Positions 19,970-40,400 of a stretch of 64,000 bases of DNA are shown here, piece after piece. The notes under the pieces are model-generated. The model made no database searches. It was given only the letters and a program-made list of their open reading frames with translations, and was not told where the DNA came from. The stretch spans positions 306,590,001 to 306,654,000 of the forward strand of contig OZ024743.1 of NCBI GenBank assembly GCA_964016885.1. Direction: 5' to 3'. The number at the start of each line of letters is the position of its first letter. Positions within the stretch are counted from its first letter, which is position 1. This DNA is from Eledone cirrhosa. Its lineage: Eukaryota. A program made the position numbers and the translations under genes.

Positions 19970-22900
19970 TACTCATACTCATACTCATACTCATACTCAT
20001 ACTCATACACATATTCATACTCATACACTTGCTCATACTCATAAACATACTCATACTCATACACATACTCATACACATACACATACTCATACACATACAC
20101 ATACTCATACTCATACACATACTCATACACATACACATACACATACTCATATACTTACTCATACTCATACTCATACTCATACTCATACTCATACTCATAC
20201 ACATACTCATACTCATACACACATACATACTCATACTCATACTCATACACATACACATACTCATACACATACACAAACTCATACACATACTCATATTCAT
20301 ACTCATACTCATACTCATACACATACTCATACACATACACATACTCATACACATACACATACTCATACACATACACATACTCCTACTCATACTCATACTC
20401 ATACACATACACATACTCATACACATACACATACTCCTACTCATACTCATACTCATACACATACACATACTCATACCCATACTCACACTCATTTACATAC
20501 TCATACTCATACACATACTCATACATATACTCATACTCATACTCATACTCATACACATACTCATACTCATACTCATATACATACTCATACTCATACTCAT
20601 ACTGATACACATACACATACTGATACACATACTCATATACATACTCATACTCATACTCATACACATACACATACTCATACACATACACATACTGATACAC
20701 ATACACATACTCATACACATACTTACACTCATACTCATACTCATACTCATACTCATACACATACTCACACTCATACAAATACACATACTCCTACTCCTAC
20801 TCATACTCATATTCATACTGATACTCATACACATACACATACTCATACTCATACTCATACACATACTCATACTCATACACATACTCATACACATACACAT
20901 ACTCATACTCATAGACATACTCATACTCATACTCATACTCATACTCATAAACATACACATACACATACTCATACTCATACTCATAATGCTACTCATACAC
21001 ATACACTAACACATTCTCATACTCATACTCATATTCATAATCATACTCATACACATACACTAACACATACACATACTCCTACTCATACTCATACTCATAC
21101 ACATACACAAACTCATACACATACTCATATCCATACTCATACTCATACTCATACACATACTCATACATATACTCATACACATACACATACTCATACACAT
21201 ACACATACTCCTACTCATACTCATACTCATACACATACATATACTCATACACATACTCACACTCATTTACATACTCATACTCATACACATACTCCTACTC
21301 ATACTCATACACATACTCATACTCATACTCATACACATACACATACTATTACTCATACTCATACTCATAATCATACTCATACACATACACTAACACATAC
21401 TCATACTCATAATCATACTCATACACATACATATACTCATACACATACTCACACTCATTTACATACTCATACTCATACACATACTCCTACTCATACTCAT
21501 ACACATACTCATACTCATACTCATACTCATACACATACACATACTATTACTCATACTCATACTCATAATCATACTCATACACATACACTAACACATACTC
21601 ATACACATACACATACTCGTACACTTACTCATACTCATACTCATAGTCATACTCATACACATACTCATACACATACTCATACTCATACACATACACAAAC
21701 TCATACACATACACATACTCATACTCATACTCATACACATACTCATACTCATACACATACACATACTCATACACATACACATACTCATACACATACACAT
21801 ACTCCTACTCATACTCATACTCATACACATACTCACACTCATTTACATACTCATACTCATACACATACTCATACATATACTCATACTAATACTCATACAC
21901 ATACTCATACTGATACACATCCACATACTCATACTTATATACATACTCATACTCATACTCATACACATACACATACTCATACACATACTCATACACATAC
22001 ACATACTCATACACATACTCATACTCATACTCATACACATTCTCACACTCATACACATACACATACTCCTACTCCTACTCATACTCATAATCATACTGAT
22101 ACACATACACATACACATACTCATACTCATATACATACTCATACTCATACACATACTCATACACATACACATACTCATACTCATAGACATACGCATACTC
22201 ATTCTCATACTCATACACATACACATACTCCTACTTATACTCATAAACATACTCATACTCATTCACATACACATACTCGTATTCATACTCATACTCATAA
22301 TCATACTCATACACATACACTAACACATACTCATACACATACTCATACACATACATATACACATACCCATACACATACACATACTCGTACTCATACTCAT
22401 ACTCATAATCATACTCATACTCATACACATATACATACACATACACATACTCATACTCATACACATACTCATACTCCTGCTCATACTCATACACATACTC
22501 ATACTCTTACTCAGACACATACACATACACATACTCATACTCATACACATATTCATACTCATACACATACACATACTCATACTCGTACTCGTACACATAC
22601 ACATACTCATACTCATAAAAATACTCATACTCATACACATACACATACTCATACACATACTCATACTCATACTCATACTCATACTCATACACATACTCAT
22701 ACTCATACTCATACACATACTCATACTCATACACATACTCATACTCATAAAAATACTCATACTCATACACATCCACATACTCATACACATACACATACTC
22801 ATACACATACTCATACTCATACTCATAATCATACTCATACACATACACTAACACATACTCATACACATACACATAATCCTACTCATACTCATACTCATAC

Positions 22901-25056
22901 ACATACTCATACTCTTACTCAGACACATACACATACAGATACTCATACTCATACACATACTCTTACTCATACACATACACATACTCATACTCATACTCAT
23001 ACTCATACTCATACACATACACAAACTCATACACATACACATACTCATACTCATACTCATACACTTACTCATACTCATACACATACACATACTCATACAC
23101 ATACACAAACTCATACACATACTCATATTCATACTCATACTCATACACATACTCATACACATACACATACTCATACACATACACATACTCATACACATAC
23201 ACATACTCCTACTCATACACATACTCATACACATACACATACTCAGACTCATACTTACACTCATTTACATACTCATACTCATACACATACTCATACTCAT
23301 ACACATCCTCATACTCATACTCATATACATACTCATACTCATACTCATACTCATACTCATACTCCTACTCATACACATACACATACTCATACACATTGTC
23401 ATACACATACACATATTCATACTCATACACATACTCATACTCATACACATACACATACACATACACATACTCATACTCATACTCATACACATACTCATAC
23501 TGATACACATACACATACACATACTCATACTCATACTCATACTAATACTCATACTCATACACATACTCATACACATACACATACTCATACCCATAGACAT
23601 ACTCATACTCATACTCATACTCATACACATACACATACACATACTCATACACATACACATACTCATACACATACTCATACTCATACTCATACTCATACTC
23701 ATACTCATACTCTTACTCAGACACATACACATACACATACTCATACTCATACACATATTCATACTCATACACATACACATACTCATACTCGTACTCGTAC
23801 ACATACACATACTCATACTCATAAAAATACTCATACTCATACACATACACATACTCATACACAAACACATACTCATACACATACTCATACTCATACTCAT
23901 ACTCATACTCATACACATACTCATACTCATACTCATACACATACTCATACTCATACACATACTCATACTCATAAAAATACTCATACTCATACACATCCAC
24001 ATACTCATACACATACACATACTCATACACATACTCATACTCATACTCATACTCATACTCATACTCATACTCATACTCATACACATACTCATACTCACAC
24101 TCATACATATACACATACTCCTACTCCTACTCATACTCATAATCATACTGATACACATACACATACACATACTCATACTCATACTCATACTAATACTCAT
24201 ACTCATACACATACTCATACACATACACATACTCATACCCATAGACATACTCATACTCATACTCATACTCATACACATACACATACACATACTCCTACTA
24301 ATACTCATACACATACTCATACTCATACACATACACATACTCTTACTCATACACATACTCATAATCATACTCATACACATACACTAACACATACTCATAC
24401 TCATACTCATACTCATAATCATACTCATACACATACACTAACACATACTCATACTCATAATCATACTCATACACATACACTAACACATACTCATACACAT
24501 ACACATAATCCTACTCATACTCATACTCATACACATACTCATACTCTTACTCAGACACATACACATACAGATACTCATACTCATACACATACTCTTACTC
24601 ATACACATACACATACTCATACTCATACTCATACTCATACTCATAAACATACACAAACTCATACACATACACATACTCATACTCATACTCATACACTTAC
24701 TCATACTCATACACATACACATACTCATACACATACACAAACTCATACACATACTCATATTCATACTCATACTCATACACATACTCATACACATACACAT
24801 ACTCATACACATACACATACTCCTACTCATACTCATACTCATACACATACACATACTCATACTCATACTCACACTCATTTACATACTCATACTCATACAC
24901 ATACTCATACTCATACACATCCTCATACTCATACTCATATACATACTCATACTCATACACATACTCATACTCCTACTCATACACATACACATACTCATAT
25001 ACATTGTCATACACATACACATATTCATACTCATACACATACTCATACACATACTC

Positions 25057-25087
<31 letters not shown>

Positions 25088-26346
25088 TACTCATACACAT
25101 ACTCATACACATACTCACACTCATATACATACACATACTCCTACTCCTACTCATACTCATAATCATACTGATACTCATACACATACACATACTCATACAC
25201 ATACTCATACTCATACACATACTCATACACATACACATACTCATACTCATAGACATACTCATACTCATACTCATACTCATACACATACACATACACATAC
25301 TCCTACTCATACTCATACACATACTCATACTCATACACATACACATACTCATACTCATACACATATTCATACTCATACACATACACATACTCATACTCGT
25401 ACTCGTACACATACACATACTCATACTCATAAAAATACTCATACTCATATTCATACACATACTCATACTCATACACATACTCATACTCATACTCATACTC
25501 ATACTCATACTCATACTCATACTCATACACATACTCATACTCATACTCACACTCATACACATACTCCTACTCCTACTCATACTCATGATCATACTGATAC
25601 ACATACGCATACACATACTCATACTCATACTAATACTCATACTCATACACATACTCATACACATCCACATACTCATACCCATAGACATACTCATACTCAT
25701 ACTCATACTCATACACATACACATACACATACTCCTACTCATACTCATACACATACTCATACTCATACACATACACATACTCTTACTCATACACATACTC
25801 ATAATCATACTCATACACATACACTAACACATACTCATACTCATACTCATACTCATACTCATAATCATACTCATACACATACACTAACACATACTCATAC
25901 TCATAATCATACTCATACACATACACTAACACATACTCATACACATACACATAATCCTACTCATACTCATAATCATACATATACTCATACTCTTACTCAG
26001 ACACATACACATACAGATACTCATACTCATACACATACTCTTACTCATACACATACACATACTCATACTCATACTCATACTCATACACATACTCATACTC
26101 ATACTCGTACACATACACATACACATACTCATACTCATACACATACTCATACTCACACATATACACATACACATACACATACTCACACTCATACACATAC
26201 TCATACACATACTCATACTCATGCACATACTCATACGCATACACATACTCCTACTCATACTCATACTCATACACATACTCATACTCATACTCATACACAT
26301 ACACATACACATACTCCTACTCATACTCATATTCATACACATACTC

Positions 26347-26395
<49 letters not shown>

Positions 26396-26616
26396 TACTC
26401 ATACTCCTACTCATACACATACACATACTCATACACATTGTCATACACATACACATATTCATACTCATACACATACTCATACTCATACACATACACATAC
26501 ACATACACATACGCATACACATACTCCTACTCATTCTCATACTCATACACATACTCATACTCATACTCATACACATACACATACACATACTCCTACTCAT
26601 ACACATACTCATACTC

Positions 26617-26647
<31 letters not shown>

Positions 26648-29600
26648 TACTCATACTCATACTCATACTCATACTCATACTCATACACATATTCATACTC
26701 ATACACTTGCTCATACTCATAAACATACTCATACTCATACACATACTCATACACATACACATACTCATACACATACACATACTCATACTCATACACATAC
26801 TCATACACATACACATACACATACTCATATACTTACTCATACTCATACTCATACTCATACTCATACTCATACACATACTCATACTCATACACACATACAT
26901 ACTCATACTCATACTCATACACATACACATACTCATACACATACACAAACTCATACACATACTCATATTCATACTCATACTCATACTCATACACATACTC
27001 ATACACATACACATACTCATACACATACACATACTCATACACATACACATACTCCTACTCATACTCATACTCATACACATACACATACTCATACACATAC
27101 ACATACTCCTACTCATACTCATACTCATACACATACACATACTCATACCCATACTCACACTCATTTACATACTCATACTCATACACATACTCATACATAT
27201 ACTCATACTCATACTCATACTCATACACATACTCATACTCATACTCATATACATACTCATACTCATACTCATACTGATACACATACACATACTGATACAC
27301 ATACTCATATACATACTCATACTCATACTCATACACATACACATACTCATACACATACACATACTGATACACATACACATACTCATACACATACTTACAC
27401 TCATACTCATACTCATACTCATACTCATACACATACTCACACTCATACAAATACACATACTCCTACTCCTACTCATACTCATATTCATACTGATACTCAT
27501 ACACATACACATACTCATACTCATACTCATACACATACTCATACTCATACACATACTCATACACATACACATACTCATACTCATAGACATACTCATACTC
27601 ATACTCATACTCATACTCATAAACATACACATACACATACTCATACTCATACTCATAATGCTACTCATACACATACACTAACACATTCTCATACTCATAC
27701 TCATATTCATAATCATACTCATACACATACACTAACACATACACATACTCCTACTCATACTCATACTCATACACATACACAAACTCATACACATACTCAT
27801 ATCCATACTCATACTCATACTCATACACATACTCATACATATACTCATACACATACACATACTCATACACATACACATACTCCTACTCATGCTCATACTC
27901 ATACACATACATATACTCATACACATACTCACACTCATTTACATACTCATACTCATACACATACTCCTACTCATACTCATACACATACTCATACTCATAC
28001 TCATACACATACACATACTATTACTCATACTCATACTCATAATCATACTCATACACATACACTAACACATACTCATACTCATAATCATACTCATACACAT
28101 ACATATACTCATACACATACTCACACTCATTTACATACTCATACTCATACACATACTCCTACTCATACTCATACACATACTCATACTCATACTCATACTC
28201 ATACACATACACATACTATTACTCATACTCATACTCATAATCATACTCATACACATACACTAACACATACTCATACACATACACATACTCGTACACTTAC
28301 TCATACTCATACTCATAGTCATACTCATACACATACTCATACACATACTCATACTCATACACATACACAAACTCATACACATACACATACTCATACTCAT
28401 ACTCATACACATACTCATACTCATACACATACACATACTCATACACATACACATACTCATACACATACACATACTCCTACTCATACTCATACTCATACAC
28501 ATACTCACACTCATTTACATACTCATACTCATACACATACTCATACATATACTCATACTAATACTCATACACATACTCATACTGATACACATCCACATAC
28601 TCATACTTATATACATACTCATACTCATACTCATACACATACACATACTCATACACATACTCATACACATACACATACTCATACACATACTCATACTCAT
28701 ACTCATACACATTCTCACACTCATACACATACACATACTCCTACTCCTACTCATACTCATAATCATACTGATACACATACACATACACATACTCATACTC
28801 ATATACATACTCATACTCATACACATACTCATACACATACACATACTCATACTCATAGACATACGCATACTCATTCTCATACTCATACACATACACATAC
28901 TCCTACTTATACTCATAAACATACTCATACTCATTCACATACACATACTCGTATTCATACTCATACTCATAATCATACTCATACACATACACTAACACAT
29001 ACTCATACACATACTCATACACATACATATACACATACCCATACACATACACATACTCGTACTCATACTCATACTCATAATCATACTCATACTCATACAC
29101 ATATACATACACATACACATACTCATACTCATACACATACTCATACTCCTGCTCATACTCATACACATACTCATACTCTTACTCAGACACATACACATAC
29201 ACATACTCATACTCATACACATATTCATACTCATACACATACACATACTCATACTCGTACTCGTACACATACACATACTCATACTCATAAAAATACTCAT
29301 ACTCATACACATACACATACTCATACACATACTCATACTCATACTCATACTCATACTCATACACATACTCATACTCATACTCATACACATACTCATACTC
29401 ATACACATACTCATACTCATAAAAATACTCATACTCATACACATCCACATACTCATACACATACACATACTCATACACATACTCATACTCATACTCATAC
29501 TCATACTCATACTCATACTCATATACATACTCATACTCACACTCATACACATACACATACTCCTACTCCTACTCATACTCATAATCATACTGATACACAT

Positions 29601-30550
29601 ACACATACACATACTCATACTCATACTCATACTAATACTCATACTCATACACATACTCATACACATACACATACTCATACCCATAGACATACTCATACTC
29701 ATACTCATACTCATACACATACACATACACATACTCCTACTAATACTCATACCCATACTCATACGCATACACATACACATACTCTTACTCATACACATAC
29801 TCATAATCATACTCATACACATACACTAACACATACTCATACTCATACTCATACTCATACTCATAATCATACTCATACACATACACTAACACATACTCAT
29901 AATCATACTCATACACATACACTAACACATACTCATACACATACACATAATCCTACTCATACTCATACTCATACACATACTCATACTCTTACTCAGACAC
30001 ATACACATACAGATACTCATACTCATACACATACTCTTACTCATACACATACACATACTCATACTCATACTCATACTCATACTCATACACATACACAAAC
30101 TCATACACATACACATACTCATACTCATACTCATACACTTACTCATACTCATACACATACACATACTCATACACATACACAAACTCATACACATACTCAT
30201 ATTCATACTCATACTCATACACATACTCATACACATACACATACTCATACACATACACATACTCATACACATACACATACTCCTACTCATACACATACTC
30301 ATACACATACACATACTCAGACTCATACTTACACTCATTTACATACTCATACTCATACACATACTCATACTCATACACATCCTCATACTCATACTCATAT
30401 ACATACTCATACTCATACTCATACTCATACTCCTACTCATACACATACACATACTCATACACATTGTCATACACATACACATATTCATACTCATACACAT
30501 ACTCATACTCATACACATACACATACACATACACATACTCATACTCATAC
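17050..30550 (+). repeat. Higher-order tandem duplication, period about 6654-6678 bp (7074 after a ~400-bp indel)
   Basis: Offsets: 17059/23713, 17826/24480, 18225/24879 (6654); 19248/25926 (6678); 20493/27165, 21588/28260, 22320/28992 (6672); 22848/29922 (7074). Confidence 0.92.
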
Positions 30551-31459
30551 TCATACACATACTCACACTCATACACATACACATACTCCTACTCCTACTC
30601 ATAATCATAATCATACTGATACTCATACACATACACATACTCATACACATACTCATACTCATACACATACTCATACACATACACATACTCATACTCATAG
30701 ACATACTCATACTCATACTCATACTCATACACATACACATACACATACTCCTACTCATACTCATACACATACTCATACTCATACACATACACATACTCAT
30801 ACTCGTACTCGTACACATACACATACTCATACTCATAAAAATACTCATACTCATATTCATACTCATACTCATACACATACTCATACTCATACTCATACTC
30901 ATACTCATACTCATACACATACTCATACTCATACTCATACACATACTCATACTCATACACATACTCATACTCATAAAAATACTCATACTCATACACATCC
31001 ACATACTCATACACATACTCATACTCATACTCATACTCATACTCATACTCATACTCATACACATACTCATACTCATACTCACACTCATACACATACTCCT
31101 ACTCCTACTCCTACTCATAATCATACTGATACACATACACATACACATACTCATACTCATACTAATACTCATACTCATACACATACTCATACACATACAC
31201 ATACTCATACCCATAGACATACTCATACTCATACTCATACTCATACACATACACATACACATACTCCTACTCATACTCATACACATACTCATACTCATAC
31301 ACATACACATACTCTTACTCATACATATACTCATAATCATACTCATACACATACACTAACACATACTCATACTCATACTCATACTCATACTCATAATCAT
31401 ACTCATACACATACACTAACACATACTCATACTCATAATCATACTCATACACATACACT

Positions 31460-31914
31460 AACACATACTCATACACATACACATAATCCTACTCATACTC
31501 ATACTCATACATATACTCATACTCTTACGCAGACACATACACATACAGATACTCATACTCATACACATAATCTTACTCATACACATACACATACTCATAC
31601 TCATACTCATACTCATACACCTACTCATACTCATACTCGTACACATACACATACACATACTCATACTCATACACATACTCATACTCACACATATACACAT
31701 ACACATACACATACTCACACTCATACACATACTCATACACATACTCATACTCATGCACATACTCATAATCATACTCATACTCATACTCATACACATACTC
31801 ATACGCATACACATACTCCTACTCATACTCATACTCATACACATACTCATACTCATACTCATACACATACACATACACATACTCCTACTCATACTCATAT
31901 TCATACACATACTC

Positions 31915-31969
<55 letters not shown>

Positions 31970-32058
31970 TACTCATACTCCTACTCATACACATACACAT
32001 ACTCATACACATTGTCATACACATACACATATTCATACTCATACACATACTCATACTC

Positions 32059-32089
<31 letters not shown>

Positions 32090-35000
32090 TACTCATACTC
32101 ATACTCATACTCATACTCATACTCATACACATATTCATACTCATACACTTGCTCATACTCATACACATACTCATACTCATATACATACTCATACACATAC
32201 TCATACTCATACACATACACATACTCATAGTCATACTCATACACATTCTCATACTCATACACATACACATACTCATACACATACACATACTCATACTCAT
32301 ACACATACTCATACACATACACATACACATACTCATATACTTACTCATACTCATACTCATACTCATACTCATACTCATACACATACTCATACTCATACAC
32401 ATACACAAATTCATACACATACACATACTCATACTCATACTCATACACTTACTCATACTCATACACATACACATACTCATACACATACACAAACTCATAC
32501 ACATACTCATATTCATACTCATACTCATACTCATACACATACTCATACACATACACATACATATACTCATACACATACACATACTCATACACATACACAT
32601 ACTCCTACTCATACTCATACTCATACACATACACATACTCATACCCATACTCACACTCATTTACATACTCATACTCATACACATACTCATACTCATACAC
32701 ATCCTCATACTCATACTCATATACATACTCATACTCATACTCATACTCATACACATACTCATACACATACTCATACTGATACACATAAACATACTCATAC
32801 ACATACTCATACTCATACTCATACTCATACACATACTCACACTCATACACATACACATACTCCTACTCATACTCATAATCATACTGATACTCATGCACAT
32901 ACACATACTCATACTCATACTCATACACATACTCATACTCATTCACATACTCATACACATACACATACTCATACTCATAGACATACTCATACTCATACTC
33001 ATACTCATACTCATACACATACACATACACATACTCCTACTCATACTCATACACATACTCATACTCATACACATACACATACTCATACTCATACACATAT
33101 TCATACTCATACACATACACATATTCATACACATACTCATACACATACTCATACTCATACTCATACTCATACTCATACACATACTCATACACATACTCAT
33201 ACTGATACACATAAACATACTCATACACATACTCATACTCATACTCATACTCATACACATACTCACACTCATACACATACACATACTCATACTCCTACTC
33301 ATACTCATAATCATACTGATACTCATACACATACACATACTCATACTCATACTCATACACATACTCATACACATACTCATACTCATACACATACTCATAA
33401 TCATACTCATACGCATACTCATACACATACTCATACGCATACACATACTCCTACTCACACTCATACTCATACACATACTCATACTCATACTCATACACAT
33501 ACACCTACACATACATATACTCATACTCCTGCTCATACACATACACATACTCATACACATAGTCATACTCATACACATACTCATACTCATACACATACAC
33601 ATACACATACACATACTCCTACTAATACTCATAATCATACACATACACATACACCTGCACATACTCATACTCATACTCATACTCATACTCATACACATAC
33701 ACATACTCATACACTTACTCATACTCATACACATACTCATACTCATACACATACTCATACACATACTCATACTCATACACATACACATACTCATAGTCAT
33801 ACTCATACACATACTCATACTCATACACATAAACATACTCATACAAATACACATACAAATACACATACTGCTACTCCTACTCATACACATACTCATACTC
33901 ATATACATACTCATACTCATACTCATACACATACACATACTCCTACTTTTACTCATACTCATAATCATACTGATACACATACACATATACATACTCATAC
34001 TCATACTCATACTCATACACATACTCATACTCATACACATACTCATACACATACACATACTCATACCCATAGACATACTCATATTCATACTCATACTCAT
34101 ACACATACACATACACATACTCCTACTCATACTCATACACATACTCATACTCATACACATACACATACTCTTACTCATACTCATACTCATAATCATACTC
34201 ATACACATACACTAACACATACTCATACTCATAATCATACTCATACATATACACTAACACATACTCATACACATACACATAATCCTACTCATACTCATAC
34301 TCATACACATACTCATACTCATACTCAGACACATACACATACAGATACTCATACTCATACACATACTCTTACTCATACACATACACATACTCATACTCAT
34401 ACTCATACTCATACACATACTCATACTCATACTCGTACACATACACATACACATACTCATACTCAGACACATACACATACAGATACTCATACTCATACAC
34501 ATACTCTTACTCATACACATACACATACTCATACTCATACTCATACTCATACACATACTCATACTCACACACATACACATACACATACACATACTCACAC
34601 TCATGCACATACTCATACACATACTCATACTCATACACATACTCATAATCATACTCATACTCATACTCATACACATACTCATACGCATACACATACTCAT
34701 ACTCCTACTCATACACACACACATACACATACTCCTACTCATACTCATATTCATACAGATACTCATACACATACACATACACATACACATACTCATACTC
34801 CTACTCATACACATACACATACTCATACACATAGTCATACTCATACACATATTCATAGTCATACACATACTCATACTCATACACATACACATACACATAC
34901 TCATACTCATACTCATACTCATACACATATTCATACTCATACACTTGCTCATACTCATACACATACTCATACTCATACACATACTCATACACATACTCAT

Positions 35001-37319
35001 ACTCATACACATACACATACTCATAGTCATACTCATACACATACTCATACTCATACACATACACATACTCATACACATACACATACAAATACACATACTG
35101 CTACTCCTACTCATACACATACTCATACTCATATACATACTCATACTCATACTCACACACATACTCATACACATACTCATGCACATACTCATACACATAC
35201 TCATACACATACTCATACTCATACTCATACACATACACATACACATACACATACTCATACTCATACTCATACTCATAATCATGCTGATACACATACACAT
35301 ACACATACACATACTCATACTCATACTCATATACATACTGATACTCATACTCATACTCATACAAATACACATACTCATACACATACTCATACTCATACAC
35401 ATACTCATACACATACACATACACATACTCATACACTTACTCATACTCATACTCATACTCATACACATACTCATACACATACTCATACTCATACACATAC
35501 ACAAACTCATACACATACACATACTCTAACTCGTACTCATACACTTACTCATACTCATACACATACACATACTCATACACATACACAAACTCATACACAT
35601 ACTCATATTCATACTCATACTTATACTCATACACATACTCATACACATACACATACTCTTACACATACACATACTCATACACATACACATACTCCTACTC
35701 ATACTCATATTCATACACATACTCATACACATACTCACACTCATTTACATACTCATACTCATACACATACTCATACATATACTCATACTCATACTCATAC
35801 ACATACTCATACTCATACACATCCTCATACTCATACTCATACTCATATACATACTCATACTCATACTCATACTCATACACATACACATACTCATACACAT
35901 ACTCATACTGATACACATACACATACTCATACACATACTCATACTCATACTCATACTCATACACATACTCACACTCATACACATACACATACTCCTAATC
36001 CTACTCATACTCATAATCATACTGATACTCATACACATACACATACTCATTATCATACTCATACACATACTCATACTCATACACATACTCATACACATAC
36101 ACATACTCATACTCATAGACATACTCATACTCATACTCATACTCATACACATACACATACACATACTCCTACTCATACTCATACACATACTCATACTCAT
36201 ACACATACACATACTCATACTCATACTCATACCATAATGATACTCATACACATACACTAACACATACTCATACTCATACTCATACTCATAATTATACTCA
36301 TAGTCATACTCATACACATACTCATACTCATACACATAAAGATACTCATACACATACACATACAAATACACATACTGCTACTCCTACTAATACACATACT
36401 CATACTCATATACATACTCATACTCATACTCATACACATACTCATACACATACTCATACACATACTCATACACATACTCATACACATACTCATACTCATA
36501 CACATACTCATACACATACACAAACTCATACACATGCTCATATCCATATCCATACTCATACTCATACTCATACACATACTCATAAACATACTCATACTCA
36601 TACTCATACACATACTCATACACATACTCATACTCATACACATACACAAACTCATACACATACACATACTCATACTCATACTCATACACATACTCATACT
36701 GATACACATACTCATACACATACACAAACTCATACACATACACATACTCATACATATACTCATACTCATACTCATACACATACTCATACTCATACACATC
36801 CTCATACTCATACTCATATACATACTCATACTCATACTCATACTCATACAAATACACATACTCATACACATACTCATACACATACACATAATCCTACTCA
36901 TACTCATACTCATACATATACTCATACTCTTACGCAGACACATACACATACAGATACTCATACTCATACACATAATCTTACTCATACACATACACATACT
37001 CATACTCATACTCATACTCATACACCTACTCATACTCATACTCGTACACATACACATACACATACTCATACTCATACACATACTCATACTCACACATATA
37101 CACATACACATACACATACTCACACTCATACACATACTCATACACATACTCATACTCATGCACATACTCATAATCATACTCATACTCATACTCATACACA
37201 TACTCATACGCATACACATACTCCTACTCATACTCATACTCATACACATACTCATACTCATACTCATACACATACACATACACATACTCCTACTCATACT
37301 CATATTCATACACATACTC

Positions 37320-37374
<55 letters not shown>

Positions 37375-37463
37375 TACTCATACTCCTACTCATACACATA
37401 CACATACTCATACACATTGTCATACACATACACATATTCATACTCATACACATACTCATACTC

Positions 37464-37494
<31 letters not shown>

Positions 37495-40400
37495 TACTCA
37501 TACTCATACTCATACTCATACTCATACTCATACACATATTCATACTCATACACTTGCTCATACTCATACACATACTCATACTCATATACATACTCATACA
37601 CATACTCATACTCATACACATACACATACTCATAGTCATACTCATACACATTCTCATACTCATACACATACACATACTCATACACATACACATACTCATA
37701 CTCATACACATACTCATACACATACACATACACATACTCATATACTTACTCATACTCATACTCATACTCATACTCATACTCATACACATACTCATACTCA
37801 TACACATACACAAATTCATACACATACACATACTCATACTCATACTCATACACTTACTCATACTCATACACATACACATACTCATACACATACACAAACT
37901 CATACACATACTCATATTCATACTCATACTCATACTCATACACATACTCATACACATACACATACACATACTCATACACATACACATACTCATACACATA
38001 CACATACTCCTACTCATACTCATACTCATACACATACACATACTCATACCCATACTCACACTCATTTACATACTCATACTCATACACATACTCATACTCA
38101 TACACATCCTCATACTCATACTCATATACATACTCATACTCATACTCATACTCATACACATACTCATACACATACTCATACTGATACACATAAACATACT
38201 CATACACATACTCATACTCATACTCATACTCATACACATACTCACACTCATACACATACACATACTCCTACTCATACTCATAATCATACTGATACTCATG
38301 CACATACACATACTCATACTCATACTCATACACATACTCATACTCATTCACATACTCATACACATACACATACTCATACTCATAGACATACTCATACTCA
38401 TACTCATACTCATACTCATACACATACACATACACATACTCCTACTCATACTCATACACATACTCATACTCATACACATACACATACTCATACTCATACA
38501 CATATTCATACTCATACACATACACATATTCATACACATACTCATACACATACTCATACTCATACTCATACTCATACTCATACACATACTCATACACATA
38601 CTCATACTGATACACATAAACATACTCATACACATACTCATACTCATACTCATACTCATACACATACTCACACTCATACACATACACATACTCATACTCC
38701 TACTCATACTCATAATCATACTGATACTCATACACATACACATACTCATACTCATACTCATACACATACTCATACACATACTCATACTCATACACATACT
38801 CATAATCATACTCATACGCATACTCATACACATACTCATACGCATACACATACTCCTACTCACACTCATACTCATACACATACTCATACTCATACTCATA
38901 CACATACACCTACACATACATATACTCATACTCCTGCTCATACACATACACATACTCATACACATAGTCATACTCATACACATACTCATACTCATACACA
39001 TACACATACACATACACATACTCCTACTAATACTCATAATCATACACATACACATACACCTGCACATACTCATACTCATACTCATACTCATACTCATACA
39101 CATACTCATACTCATACACTTACTCATACTCATACACATACTCATACTCATACACATACTCATACACATACTCATACTCATACACATACACATACTCATA
39201 GTCATACTCATACACATACTCATACTCATACACATAAACATACTCATACAAATACACATACAAATACACATACTGCTACTCCTACTCATACACATACTCA
39301 TACTCATATACATACTCATACTCATACTCATACACATACACATACTCCTACTTTTACTCATACTCATAATCATACTGATACACATACACATATACATACT
39401 CATACTCATACTCATACTCATACACATACTCATACTCATACACATACTCATACACATACACATACTCATACCCATAGACATACTCATATTCATACTCATA
39501 CTCATACACATACACATACACATACTCCTACTCATACTCATACACATACTCATACTCATACACATACACATACTCTTACTCATACTCATACTCATAATCA
39601 TACTCATACACATACACTAACACATACTCATACTCATAATCATACTCATACATATACACTAACACATACTCATACACATACACATAATCCTACTCATACT
39701 CATACTCATACACATACTCATACTCATACTCAGACACATACACATACAGATACTCATACTCATACACATACTCTTACTCATACACATACACATACTCATA
39801 CTCATACTCATACTCATACACATACTCATACTCATACTCGTACACATACACATACACATACTCATACTCAGACACATACACATACAGATACTCATACTCA
39901 TACACATACTCTTACTCATACACATACACATACTCATACTCATACTCATACGCATACACATACTCATACTCCTACTCATACACACACACATACACATACT
40001 CCTACTCATACTCATATTCATACAGATACTCATACACATACACATACACATACACATACTCATACTCCTACTCATACACATACACATACTCATACACATA
40101 GTCATACTCATACACATATTCATAGTCATACACATACTCATACTCATACACATACACATACACATACTCATACTCATACTCATACTCATACACATATTCA
40201 TACTCATACACTTGCTCATACTCATACACATACTCATACTCATACACATACTCATACACATACTCATACTCATACACATACACATACTCATAGTCATACT
40301 CATACACATACTCATACTCATACACATACACATACTCATACACATACACATACAAATACACATACTGCTACTCCTACTCATACACATACTCATACTCATA

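Larger units (their letters stand above)
10608..36260 (+). other. Start-less, stop-free reading frame of about 8,550 codons, essentially (His-Thr)n; not called as a gene
   Basis: Bounded by in-frame TAA at 10605-10607 and TAA at 36258-36260. CAT falls at positions divisible by 6 at both 11088 and 36228, and all antisense MS/MC ORFs between them share one frame. I saw no in-frame stop by eye, and no ATG until 36237. Confidence 0.35.

Noticed and set aside
31915-31968. Z-DNA-forming tract in the longest (ATACAC)9 run
   Set aside because: It is alternating but short and rich in AT steps, which are the least Z-prone. It is not supportable as a feature.
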